Shown here: positions 26,299-34,442 of the stretch, piece by piece | How positions within the stretch are numbered: the first letter of the stretch is position 1 | Layout of the letters: each line of letters begins with the position of its first letter | From: Verrucomicrobiota bacterium | GTDB lineage: Bacteria > Verrucomicrobiota > Lentisphaeria > Lentisphaerales > Lentisphaeraceae | Direction: 5' to 3' | Length of the DNA: 37,643 bases | Assembly: GCA_039798785.1 (NCBI GenBank) | Contig: JBDKFG010000045.1 | Span: 1-37,643, forward strand | Position numbers and translations under genes: made by a program | The notes under the pieces: model-generated | Seen by the model: the letters and a program-made list of their open reading frames with translations, nothing else | The model's database searches: none | What the model was told of the DNA's origin: nothing

Positions 26299-27051
26299 TC
26301 AGACCTTGATGCCTCGGATGTAGCCGGCGGAGAACTGGGCTTTGATGAAACCCTGGACAATGTCCGAATCAGAAGCGCAGAACTCCTCGGGAGTCCCGAG
26401 GGCGATGATGTGCCCGTCCGACAACATCGCGATGCGATCGCCGATGGAGAAGGCAGAGTGGAGGTCGTGGGTGACCACCACCGAGGTGACCCCGAGGCGC
26501 TGCTGCAGCTCCTTGATCAGGGCGTCGATGTGGCGGCTCATCACCGGGTCGAGGCCGGAGGTGGGCTCGTCGTAGAGGATGACTTCCGGGCGGGTGACGA
26601 TGGCGCGGGCAAGGCCGGCGCGCTTCTGCATGCCGCCGGAGATCTCCGAGGGCTTGCGATCGAAGGCGTGATCGAGCTTGACCATGCGCAGCGCCTCCAT
26701 CGTCCGCTCCTCCGCCTCGTCTTCGTCGACGCCGCGTTCGAGCAGGGGCAGGGCGACGTTCTGGGCGATGGTGAGCCAGGCGAGCAAGGCGCCGGACTGG
26801 AAGAGGACGCCGAAATGGGCGTTCATGATGGAGCGCTGCTGCGGATCCATCGCCGTCAGATCCTGGCCTTTGAGCAGAATCTGGCCGGAGTCGGGGGTCA
26901 GCAGCCCGACCATGCTGCGCAGGGACACGCTTTTGCCGGTGCCGGAGGGGCCGACGATGACGAAGGTCTCGCCCTGGTTGACGGTGAAGGAGACGCGGTC
27001 GAGGACGACGCGGTCGCCGAAGGAGCGGGTGAGGTTGCGGAATTCGAGCAT
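26299..27051 (-). CDS. mlaF: MlaF/Mkl-family ABC ATPase
   Basis: GPSGTGKS, VLFQSGAL, ISGGMQKRAGLARA, YDEPTSGLDP, VVTHD; start MLEFRNL. Confidence 0.92.
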   Translation of the reverse strand: MLEFRNLTRSFGDRVVLDRVSFTVNQGETFVIVGPSGTGKSVSLRSMVGLLTPDSGQILLKGQDLTAMDPQQRSIMNAHFGVLFQSGALLAWLTIAQNVALPLLERGVDEDEAEERTMEALRMVKLDHAFDRKPSEISGGMQKRAGLARAIVTRPEVILYDEPTSGLDPVMSRHIDALIKELQQRLGVTSVVVTHDLHSAFSIGDRIAMLSDGHIIALGTPEEFCASDSDIVQGFIKAQFSAGYIRGIKV

Positions 27052-27059
27052 GGGGACTC

Positions 27060-27863
27060 TCAGTAGAAGAGTGAGGTGACGAAGAAGCCGATGACCATGA
27101 TAAACAGGAAGGAGATGACGACGCTGCGGCGGGTGGCGCGGCCGACGCCGACGGCGCCGTCGCTGGTGGTGAAGCCCTGGTAGGCGGCGACGGTGATGAT
27201 GATGATCGCGAAGACGACGGATTTGAGGAGGCCGATGTAGACGTCGCGGAGCTTCAGGTCGAGGACGGCGTTTTCGTAGAAGGTGCGGGGGCTGACGCCG
27301 AGCTGGGTCTTGGCGACGAGCATGCCGCCGAAGGTGCCGATGAGGTCGGCGAACATGGTCAAGGCGGGGCACATGATGAGGAGGGCGTAGAGGCGCGGGG
27401 TGATCAGATAGTCGACCGGATTGATGCTCATCACCTTGAGAGCCGAAACCTCTTCGGAGATGTTCATGGTGCCGACTTCGGCGGCGTAGGCCGAGCCGAT
27501 CGAGGCGGCGAGGATGAGCGCCGTCATCACCGGACCAAGCTCGCGGACGAGGGAGACGATGACCAGGGAGCCGACCCGGTGTTCCTGGTTGTAGTCCTGG
27601 AGGATGACGCCGGCCTGGCGGGCCAGGATCATTCCCATGCAGAGTGCGACGACCGAGCAGATGAAGAGCGTCTTGACCGAGCAGGCGAACATCTGGCGCA
27701 TCAGCTCGGCGCGACGGCGAGGCAGGCGGTGGCCGAAACGGAAGGCTTCGGCGGTGATCAGGAGGGCGTCCCCTACGGCCATGGTGTAGCCACGGACGAG
27801 GCGCCCGGCCTTTTCGAAGAGGTTGCGAGGTTCGGGCAGGAAGACGGGTTCAAAGTTGCGCAC
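27060..27863 (-). CDS. mlaE: MlaE-family ABC permease
   Basis: RELGPVMTA, GSAYAAEVGTM..SEE..AL, PR, GA.GVGRAT..SVV; GTG start after AGGAG. Confidence 0.92.
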   Translation of the reverse strand: MRNFEPVFLPEPRNLFEKAGRLVRGYTMAVGDALLITAEAFRFGHRLPRRRAELMRQMFACSVKTLFICSVVALCMGMILARQAGVILQDYNQEHRVGSLVIVSLVRELGPVMTALILAASIGSAYAAEVGTMNISEEVSALKVMSINPVDYLITPRLYALLIMCPALTMFADLIGTFGGMLVAKTQLGVSPRTFYENAVLDLKLRDVYIGLLKSVVFAIIIITVAAYQGFTTSDGAVGVGRATRRSVVISFLFIMVIGFFVTSLFY

Positions 27864-28389
27864 GAAGCTTCTCCTGGCGCTTGATTTCGCGATGTTGCCG
27901 ATACGAGTTGACGGAACGGAAAGTGAGCAACCCACCGAGGCCGCCGAGGACGAGGCCGATGATGACGCCGCCGAGGGTGAAGGCGGTGACGAAGGGCAGG
28001 CCGAGTTCGGCGAGCTGGCGGAGGAAGTCCATCGGCGCCTGGCGGTGCAGCAGTTTCGATTCGATGTCGGCCCACATCGGGGTGCCCGGCACCAGGGCGG
28101 CGCCGATGGCGTATTGCAGCGGCCAGGTGACCGGGTACATCGGCGGGATGTGGATCACGGTGACCAGGCAGGCGATGGTTTTATTGCAGCGGCAGATCCA
28201 GGCGAGGAGGATGGCAAGAGGAGGGTGGCCGATCGGGGCGCTGAAGGCGGCGAGGATGCCGAGGAAGACCGAGAGTGCGAGCCTGCCGGGCGGGGCGGGG
28301 TGGCGCCGGATGTAGATCAGCCGGAGGCGGAGGAAGCGGACGAACCGGTTTCCCCGCCTGGACCTGGCGGCTGATGAAGAGGCAGACAA
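27850..28389 (-). CDS. DUF2062-family membrane protein
   Basis: P..LALSVFLGI...P; LAWICRCNK; Y.IG; GG...GL motif pattern. Start uncertain. Confidence 0.7.
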   Translation of the reverse strand: MSASSSAARSRRGNRFVRFLRLRLIYIRRHPAPPGRLALSVFLGILAAFSAPIGHPPLAILLAWICRCNKTIACLVTVIHIPPMYPVTWPLQYAIGAALVPGTPMWADIESKLLHRQAPMDFLRQLAELGLPFVTAFTLGGVIIGLVLGGLGGLLTFRSVNSYRQHREIKRQEKLRAQL

Positions 28390-28477
28390 AGACTGAGCTC
28401 CGTTTTTTCACCCGGCAAGCTACGCGAGGAAAGCAGGCGTGTCTATCCGTAAGCGCGATTTTGCCTCGTGGCTCTCC

Positions 28478-29101
28478 TCATTTCGCCCGCACCACCGCGT
28501 ATCTGGCCGCATCTTCAGCGCTCAAAGCCTTCTCGTTGCTGAGTAGAATTTTCGACAGGGATCCGGCGGGGTCTTCGAGGGTCACTTGATGGATCGAGAT
28601 GCCGCCTTCGACCAGGATACGGCGGATGCCTTTGGCCATTTCAGCGTCCTTGGGCAAGAGCTCAAGAGTCCAGGCCTCGGGCTTGCCGCCGGCTTTGACG
28701 GTGAATTGTTTTTCCAGCTCTTTCAGGTCGGCGGCGAAGAGGGCGGCGAAGGTGCCGGCAAAGGCCGCGAGCATCGGCTGATCGCTGGCTTTGATCTCGC
28801 TGCGGCGATTGCGGGAATCGCGCTGCACCAGGGACTTTGCGTTGATCGCAACCGACGAAGCAAAGGGTTTTTCCTGGATCCACAAGAGACCTTCCTGGCG
28901 CGAGATCAGGAGGCGTCCCGAGGAACGCAGGGGGCGGCTCAAGGCGGGCAGTTTCTTCTCTTGGGTGAAGCTTGCTGACCAGTCAGCCTTGCCGGCGAAG
29001 CGCTGACGCAAGCTGGCGACAAGCTCAGGCGCGGGAGCTTCTTGCGGAGCCGTAGCCGGCTCGGCGGCAAGCATGGCAAGAGCGGCGAAAAAAGTGAGCA
29101 T
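28478..29101 (-). CDS. LolA-like outer-membrane lipoprotein carrier protein
   Basis: Signal peptide; ASFTQEKKL..L.RPL.SSG; GLLW.QEKPF; WTLEL.PK. Pattern of the LolA-like proteins in aryl-polyene clusters. Confidence 0.8.
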   Translation of the reverse strand: MLTFFAALAMLAAEPATAPQEAPAPELVASLRQRFAGKADWSASFTQEKKLPALSRPLRSSGRLLISRQEGLLWIQEKPFASSVAINAKSLVQRDSRNRRSEIKASDQPMLAAFAGTFAALFAADLKELEKQFTVKAGGKPEAWTLELLPKDAEMAKGIRRILVEGGISIHQVTLEDPAGSLSKILLSNEKALSAEDAARYAVVRAK

Positions 29102-29142
29102 GGGGTGAACCTCTTCGATCAAGGGTTTTTGCGTTCGCCGCA

Positions 29143-29170
29143 GTCACAGGGTCACAAAGTCACAAGGTCA
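29143..29170. repeat. Tandem octamer GTCACAnn x3.5
   Basis: GTCACAGG GTCACAAA GTCACAAG GTCA. Confidence 0.65.
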
Positions 29171-29194
29171 TGCTAGTTATCTCAGGAAGAAACC

Positions 29195-29242
29195 CAGGGC
29201 TGCCGCCCCGGCCCCCGCTTGGGGACACGTCCCCAAACCCCG
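29195..29242. repeat. GC-rich double hairpin (REP-like)
   Basis: GGGC-TGCC-GCCC plus TTGGGGAC-AC-GTCCCCAA (29219-29236), directly after the thioesterase stop. Confidence 0.5.
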
Positions 29243-29244
29243 TT

Positions 29245-29670
29245 TTAAATTTTATTGATATGCGGCAGCAGGCGGTCGCGGAAGGATTGCGGCGAGACGA
29301 AGAGCATTTCGCCGCTGGCGGCGTCGACGGCGACTTGCACGGTGGTGCCCTTGCACAGGCGCAGGCCCTTGGGGTCGCGCAGCTCGTAGCGAACTTTGAC
29401 GCGGTTTTCCCACTCGATCAGCTCGGCGCTGCAAACCAGCTTCATGCCGTAGCGGGCGGGGTAGGAGAAGCGCAATTGGCAGTCGACGACGGGCCAGACG
29501 TGGCCGCACTCTTTCATGTCCTGGAAGTCGTAATTGACGCCGCGGAAGAGGACGTTGCGGGCGGCTTCGAAGTAGCGCAGGTAGTTGCCGTGCCAGACCA
29601 CGCCCATGGGATCGCATTCGTGGAAGGCGACTTCGATGTCGGCGGTGGCGCGGAGGAAGACGGGAGTCAT
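29245..29670 (-). CDS. Acyl-CoA/ACP thioesterase (4HBT/YbgC hot-dog family)
   Basis: FHECDPMGVVWHGNYLRYFEAAR; WPVV; G.TVQVAV. Confidence 0.9.
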   Translation of the reverse strand: MTPVFLRATADIEVAFHECDPMGVVWHGNYLRYFEAARNVLFRGVNYDFQDMKECGHVWPVVDCQLRFSYPARYGMKLVCSAELIEWENRVKVRYELRDPKGLRLCKGTTVQVAVDAASGEMLFVSPQSFRDRLLPHINKI

Positions 29671-29708
29671 GGATCAGTTTTTCCGTGTGGTATTGCGACG
29701 CGGCGGGT

Positions 29709-31238
29709 TCATTGGGGTTCCAGCGGCCATTGTCCGGCGAGGACGGCGCGGCTGAGGGAGCGGAGTTCATCTTCCAGTTCGCGATCTTCGCCGAGGAAGG
29801 CGGCGTGGCGGCGGACGGCGGCGAAGGCGGCCTGGCCTCGCTCCGACAAGGCGCCGGGAGCGAGCTGGCCGCGGCGCTGGCGGATCTCGACGCCCTGGGC
29901 GGCGGCGAGGAGGCAGGCGGCGGCGTTCTGCGAACAGAGCTCGGCGATGCGCAGGGCGTCGCGAGCGGCGATGGTGCCCATGCTCACCTTGTCCTGATTG
30001 TGGCACTCGGTGGAGCGCGACAGGATGCTGGCGGGAAGGGTCAGGCGGGCGGCTTCGGCGCACCAGGCGGTGGTGGCGATGCTGACTGCTTTCAGACCGT
30101 GATTGATCGGGGCGCGTTCGCCTTCGGCGCCGGAGAGGTTGGCGGGCAGGCCGTGCGAGGCGTGGCGGTCGGTGAGCAGGGCCATCTGGCGGTCGAGCAG
30201 GTCGGCGATGCCGGCGAGCTGCGCCTTCAGGCTGTCGGCGACATAGGCGACATGGCCGCCGTAGAAGTGGCCGCCGTGCAGCAACTGGCCGCCGTCGGGA
30301 TCGATGAGGGGATTGTCATTGGCGGAATTGAGCTCGATGACGAGCATCGATTCGAGGTGCGGCAGGGCATCGAGGAGGACGCCGACGACATGCGGGGCGC
30401 AACGCAGGGAATAGCGGTCCTGCAGGCGGTTTTCGCCGCAGACCAGGGCGCTGCCGAGGTGGGTGCGGATGGCGCCGGCGGCGCGGGCCAGGCCGGGATG
30501 CGGCTTGGCGCTCATCAGGCGTTCGGAGTGGTGGCCGGGATTGCCGCGGATCGCTTCGATGGCGAGCGCGGTGGCGGCGCAGGCGGCGCCGCAGATCGCT
30601 TCGGCGCGGCGCAGGGCGAGAGACGCGAGCGCGGTCATGACGCTGGTGCCGTTCATCAAGGCCAGGCCCTCCTTCGGCTGCAGGACGAGCGGGCTCAAGC
30701 CGGCGCGGGCCAGGGCGTCCGAAGCGGGCTCGAAGCCGGAGCCGTCGGCGGTCCAGACTTGCCGGCGACCGCAAAGCACGGCGGCGACATAGGAAAGAGG
30801 GGTGAGGTCGCCGCTGGCTCCCACCGAGCCTTCGCGGGGGATGCGCGGCAGGATGTCGCGATTGATCAGTTCGGCGAGGAGGGAGACCAGTTCGGGCCGG
30901 ACGGCGGACCAGCCGCGGCAGAGCGAGGCGAGGCGTGCTGCGAGGATGGCGCGGGTCTCTTCGCGGGAGAAGGGCTCGCCCAGGCCGCATCCGTGGAAGG
31001 TGACGAGGTGGGCGGGCAGCTCGGCGACGAGATAGGCGGGAATGCCGACGCTGCAGGAATCGCCATAGCCGGTAGTGACGCCATAGATGACGCCGGTCTC
31101 ATCCCAGCGGCGGCGCAGGGCGCTGGCGCCGAGTTCGAGACGGGCCTGGAGATCGGGAGACGAAGCATCGACCCGCAGCTTTCCGGCTGCAGCTTGAACC
31201 AGATGGTCCAGGGTCCATTCCTCGTGCCCGAGACGCAT
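29709..31238 (-). CDS. MIO-dependent aromatic amino acid ammonia-lyase (HAL/PAL/TAL family)
   Basis: IYGVTTGYG, GSVGASGDL (ASG MIO triad), KEGLALMNGT, QDRYSLRC, NDNP, HGGHFYG, HNQDKVSMG. Confidence 0.93.
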   Translation of the reverse strand: MRLGHEEWTLDHLVQAAAGKLRVDASSPDLQARLELGASALRRRWDETGVIYGVTTGYGDSCSVGIPAYLVAELPAHLVTFHGCGLGEPFSREETRAILAARLASLCRGWSAVRPELVSLLAELINRDILPRIPREGSVGASGDLTPLSYVAAVLCGRRQVWTADGSGFEPASDALARAGLSPLVLQPKEGLALMNGTSVMTALASLALRRAEAICGAACAATALAIEAIRGNPGHHSERLMSAKPHPGLARAAGAIRTHLGSALVCGENRLQDRYSLRCAPHVVGVLLDALPHLESMLVIELNSANDNPLIDPDGGQLLHGGHFYGGHVAYVADSLKAQLAGIADLLDRQMALLTDRHASHGLPANLSGAEGERAPINHGLKAVSIATTAWCAEAARLTLPASILSRSTECHNQDKVSMGTIAARDALRIAELCSQNAAACLLAAAQGVEIRQRRGQLAPGALSERGQAAFAAVRRHAAFLGEDRELEDELRSLSRAVLAGQWPLEPQ

Positions 31239-31240
31239 GG

Positions 31241-31438
31241 TCAGGACTTCCCTTGAGCCTTCTTGGCGGGAGCGGCTTTTGCGACCGGCGCAGAGGCGTT
31301 TTTCGCCGGGGCGGCGGGCTTGCCTTTGTAGGCGAGGATGGCGGCGGCGACGATCTCATCGAAGTCGAGATCGGTCTCTGCTTGCAGTTTCAGTAAATGC
31401 TGGCTGCTGGATTCGTCCAGCTCGATGTCGATGCGCAT
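31241..31438 (-). CDS. Small hypothetical protein, possible ribbon-helix-helix with Ala/Lys/Pro tail
   Basis: GGAG before ATG 31438; MRIDIELD strand followed by two helices; tail KPAAPAKNASAPVAKAAPAKKAQGKS; abuts the lyase start. Confidence 0.6.
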   Translation of the reverse strand: MRIDIELDESSSQHLLKLQAETDLDFDEIVAAAILAYKGKPAAPAKNASAPVAKAAPAKKAQGKS

Positions 31439-31599
31439 GGAAGGCTTTTCTCCGTTTGAGTGGGGGGAATATGCTGCCGCGACCTTTGACGGCAAGGGCG
31501 GCGGCAGGAATTGCTCGGGCTTTAAAAAGGGCATCGCAGCCGAAACCGATACGTTTCCAGCCGCAGAGAGCAAAAACCCATGGAGAGGAAGGCTCTTCT

Positions 31600-32394
31600 T
31601 CAGGCGTCGAAGAGGACGATGCCGGTGATGTTGTCTTTGCCGCCGCCGCGGAGGGAGCAGTAGATCAGCTCCTTCAAGGTGTCACGCGGGTTTTCATGGG
31701 CCTTCATGATCCGCTGCAACTCCTTCGGCGACATCGATCCATAGAGCCCGTCGGTGCAGAACAGGTAACGGTCATCGACCTTGCGTTTGTGGTGATAGAC
31801 CGAGACTTCGACCACCGGCGAGGCGCCGATGCAGTTGGAGAGCAGATGAGAGAGAGGATGGTTCTCGGCTTCGGCGCGGGAGAGATTGCCGAGCTTGACC
31901 ATCTTGGCGACCCAGGTATGGTCCTCGGTGATCTGCTTGATCTTGCCGCCGCGGCAGAAGTAGGCGCGTGAGTCACCGACATGAGCGACGATCATCTTTG
32001 AAGGAGTGATCAGGCCGGCGGTGATGGTGGTCCCCATGGCGCGGCTGATCTGGAGCTGGTCGTTGACCGAGTGGATGCGGCTGTTGAGCTTCTTGATCGC
32101 GTCGACGAGGAGCTCCTCGCTGTCGCGGGCCTTGTGCTCGGTGGAGCCGAAGCCTCTCCATATCTTCGACAGAGCTTCGATGGCGAAGTAGCTGGCCAGC
32201 TCGCCGCCGTCGTGACCACCCATCCCGTCGGTGACGACCGCGAGGGTGATCTTGTCGCCGGGGAGCGCGAGGAAGAGGAAGTCATCTTCGTTGTGAGGGC
32301 GGGTGAGGCCCTTGTCGGTGGCGGCGGCGATGCGATCGGGAGTGATCTGATCGCTGGCGTTGGCACCCAACAGGTCGGAGAAGATCATCATCAT
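31600..32394 (-). CDS. PP2C/PPM-family Ser/Thr phosphatase
   Basis: TDKGLTRPHNED, DGMGGH..GELAS, MGTT, HVGDSRAY, TEDH, CTDGL, GGKDNIT. Confidence 0.95.
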   Translation of the reverse strand: MMMIFSDLLGANASDQITPDRIAAATDKGLTRPHNEDDFLFLALPGDKITLAVVTDGMGGHDGGELASYFAIEALSKIWRGFGSTEHKARDSEELLVDAIKKLNSRIHSVNDQLQISRAMGTTITAGLITPSKMIVAHVGDSRAYFCRGGKIKQITEDHTWVAKMVKLGNLSRAEAENHPLSHLLSNCIGASPVVEVSVYHHKRKVDDRYLFCTDGLYGSMSPKELQRIMKAHENPRDTLKELIYCSLRGGGKDNITGIVLFDA

Positions 32395-32444
32395 CGGCGT
32401 CTGGTCTCCCTCCGGCGGGAGCCGGGGCGTGGCGGGGTTTCGGG

Positions 32445-33968
32445 TTACTTTCGTTTGCCTCGAGCGGAGCGGGGACCTCGTCTGCCGGCTGGGCCGGCGA
32501 CAGGGCGGCTTGCGCTGTCTTCTCCAAAGAGTTTATCCGCAAGTGCGGCTGCGTCCACCTCGGAATCATCCTTGTCGGCGAGGGAATCGAGCTGATCGAT
32601 ATCGAGATCTTCAGGAATCTCTTCGTCGTCGCTGCCTTCCGGCTCGATCACTTCGACCCATTCCTCGCCGTCTTCGTCTTCGGCATTGTCGTCTTCGTCC
32701 TCCTGCTCCTCGTCGCCGATGCCGACGATGACCGGCCCGGCAGGACGGGGCTCGGGAGCCGCGCCCCAAGAAGGATCGTCGAAGAGACTGGAATCGAATT
32801 CGACTTCGTCGTCGTCGGTGTCGTCGAGGAAGGCGGCGTGCTGGCGGCTTTCCTGGAGGTCGTGCTCCTGCTCGTCGCCGGTGCGGAAGTCTTCGTCGCT
32901 GGCGTGCAGGTCGACGACGAGGCGGCCGGACTTGCGGTGGACGTCCTTGAGAGGCGCGGCGGCAGTCTTGGCGGCGCGGCGTTCGTTGACCAGGGCGCGG
33001 ATCGCCTGGAGAGCCTCTTCAGTCCCCTCCTTGAGCTCGGCGGTGATCGGAAAGATCTGCACCTGGGTGGCGGCACGAAGCCGTTCGAGATTGATCGCGG
33101 CGCCGGGCTCGTCCATCTTGTTGGCGAGGATCATGGCGATCCGGCCGGAGAGGCCGGGCTGGTAGAGCTCGAGCTCCTTGTTGAGCTTGGCCATGTCGTC
33201 GAGCGGGTCGCGGTCGTCGGTGCCGGCCATGTCGAGGACCATGGCAAGGATGTGGGTGCGCTCGATGTGGCGGAGGAAGTCGTGGCCGAGGCCGACGTTG
33301 TCGGCGGCGCCTTCGACCAGGCCCGGGATGTCGGCGATGGTGAGACGGGTGAAGTCATCGAATTCGCGGACGCCGACCTGGGGTTCGAGGGTGGTGAAAG
33401 GGTAGGGCGCGGTGCGGGCGCCGCAACGGGTGACGGCGTTGATGAAAGTGGATTTGCCGGCGTTGGGGTAGCCGACGAGGCCGCAGTCGGCGATGGTGCG
33501 GAGCTCAAGGAAAAGGGTCTTGGCCTCGCCTTTGTCGCCGTGGGTGGCCTTGCGGGGGACTCGGTTGGCGGCGGTGGCGAAGTGGCGGTTGCCTTTGCCT
33601 CCGTGGCCGCCGCGGGCGACGACCAGTTCGTCGCCGGGGTTGGCGAGGTCGCCAAGGAGATAGTTGCTGTTGTCGGAGTCCATCACCAGGGTTCCGGGCG
33701 GGACGAGGACGATGCGGTCTTCGCCGTCGAGACCGTGGCGGTCGCGTCCTTCGCCGTTGCCGCCGCGGGTGGCCTCGACATGACCGCAGTACTTCAGGTC
33801 GATGAGGGATTGCTGCGAGGTGTCGGCGCGGAGGATGATGCTGCCGCCATGGCCGCCATCGCCGCCGGCGGGGCCGCCGTTGGGCATGAATTTGAGACGC
33901 AGGAAGCTGACGCATCCATTGCCGCCATCGCCGCCTTTGACGCGGAATTTGACTCTATCGACAAACAT
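32445..33968 (-). CDS. obgE: GTPase ObgE/CgtA with long acidic C-terminal tail
   Basis: MFVD, Gly-rich Obg domain, GYPNAGKST, YPFTT, DIPG, NKMD. Confidence 0.97.
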   Translation of the reverse strand: MFVDRVKFRVKGGDGGNGCVSFLRLKFMPNGGPAGGDGGHGGSIILRADTSQQSLIDLKYCGHVEATRGGNGEGRDRHGLDGEDRIVLVPPGTLVMDSDNSNYLLGDLANPGDELVVARGGHGGKGNRHFATAANRVPRKATHGDKGEAKTLFLELRTIADCGLVGYPNAGKSTFINAVTRCGARTAPYPFTTLEPQVGVREFDDFTRLTIADIPGLVEGAADNVGLGHDFLRHIERTHILAMVLDMAGTDDRDPLDDMAKLNKELELYQPGLSGRIAMILANKMDEPGAAINLERLRAATQVQIFPITAELKEGTEEALQAIRALVNERRAAKTAAAPLKDVHRKSGRLVVDLHASDEDFRTGDEQEHDLQESRQHAAFLDDTDDDEVEFDSSLFDDPSWGAAPEPRPAGPVIVGIGDEEQEDEDDNAEDEDGEEWVEVIEPEGSDDEEIPEDLDIDQLDSLADKDDSEVDAAALADKLFGEDSASRPVAGPAGRRGPRSARGKRK

Positions 33969-33999
33969 GGGAAGGGATCCAGAAGCTCAATCGGGGGAT

Positions 34000-34029
34000 A
34001 AAAAAGCAGGCCTCGGGGTTGCCGAGGCC
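34000..34029 (-). terminator. Intrinsic terminator/attenuator between rpmA and obgE
   Basis: GGCCTCGG-CAACC-CCGAGGCC stem followed by TGCTTTTTT on the minus strand. Confidence 0.7.
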
Positions 34030-34051
34030 AGTCGTCGTGAGAACTGACGCC

Positions 34052-34303
34052 TTATTGGGCGCAGGGGACGATGTTGACGCGGCGGCCGTCGCGGTCGAAG
34101 GAAACGGTGCCATCGACGAGGGCGAAGAGGGTCCAGTCGCGGCCGCAGCCGATGTTGGCGCCGGCGGTGTACTTGGAGCCGCGCTGACGGATGATGATGC
34201 TGCCAGCGGTGACGGCCTGGCCGCCGAAGCGCTTGACGCCGAGCATCTTGGGGTTGGAGTCGCGGCCGTTCTTGATGGAGCCGCCGCCTTTCTTCTGGGC
34301 CAT
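34052..34303 (-). CDS. rpmA: 50S ribosomal protein L27
   Basis: [24 protein letters not shown]...GSIIIRQRG...[12 protein letters not shown]; true ATG at 34303. Confidence 0.98.
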   Translation of the reverse strand: MAQKKGGGSIKNGRDSNPKMLGVKRFGGQAVTAGSIIIRQRGSKYTAGANIGCGRDWTLFALVDGTVSFDRDGRRVNIVPCAQ

Positions 34304-34361
34304 GGTGAGATTCCTTTCGGGTGATGTGTTTGGGGGTCTAGTTCTTGAGAAAAGGGACTGA

Positions 34362-34389
34362 AATGTAATGCCGTTATCGCAGCTGACAA
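34362..34389 (-). promoter_or_regulatory. Putative sigma70 promoter for rpmA
   Basis: TTGTCA-16 nt-TACATT in an AT-rich intergenic region. Confidence 0.55.
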
Positions 34390-34442
34390 GGACTTTCTGA
34401 AGAAAATTCCAGGCTTTCCCCTCCGCATTTGCGCCCATCGTC

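Noticed and set aside
29709..31238. Calling the lyase hutH
   Set aside because: FH rather than SH at the specificity position, no hutU/I/G nearby, and an aryl-polyene-like context.
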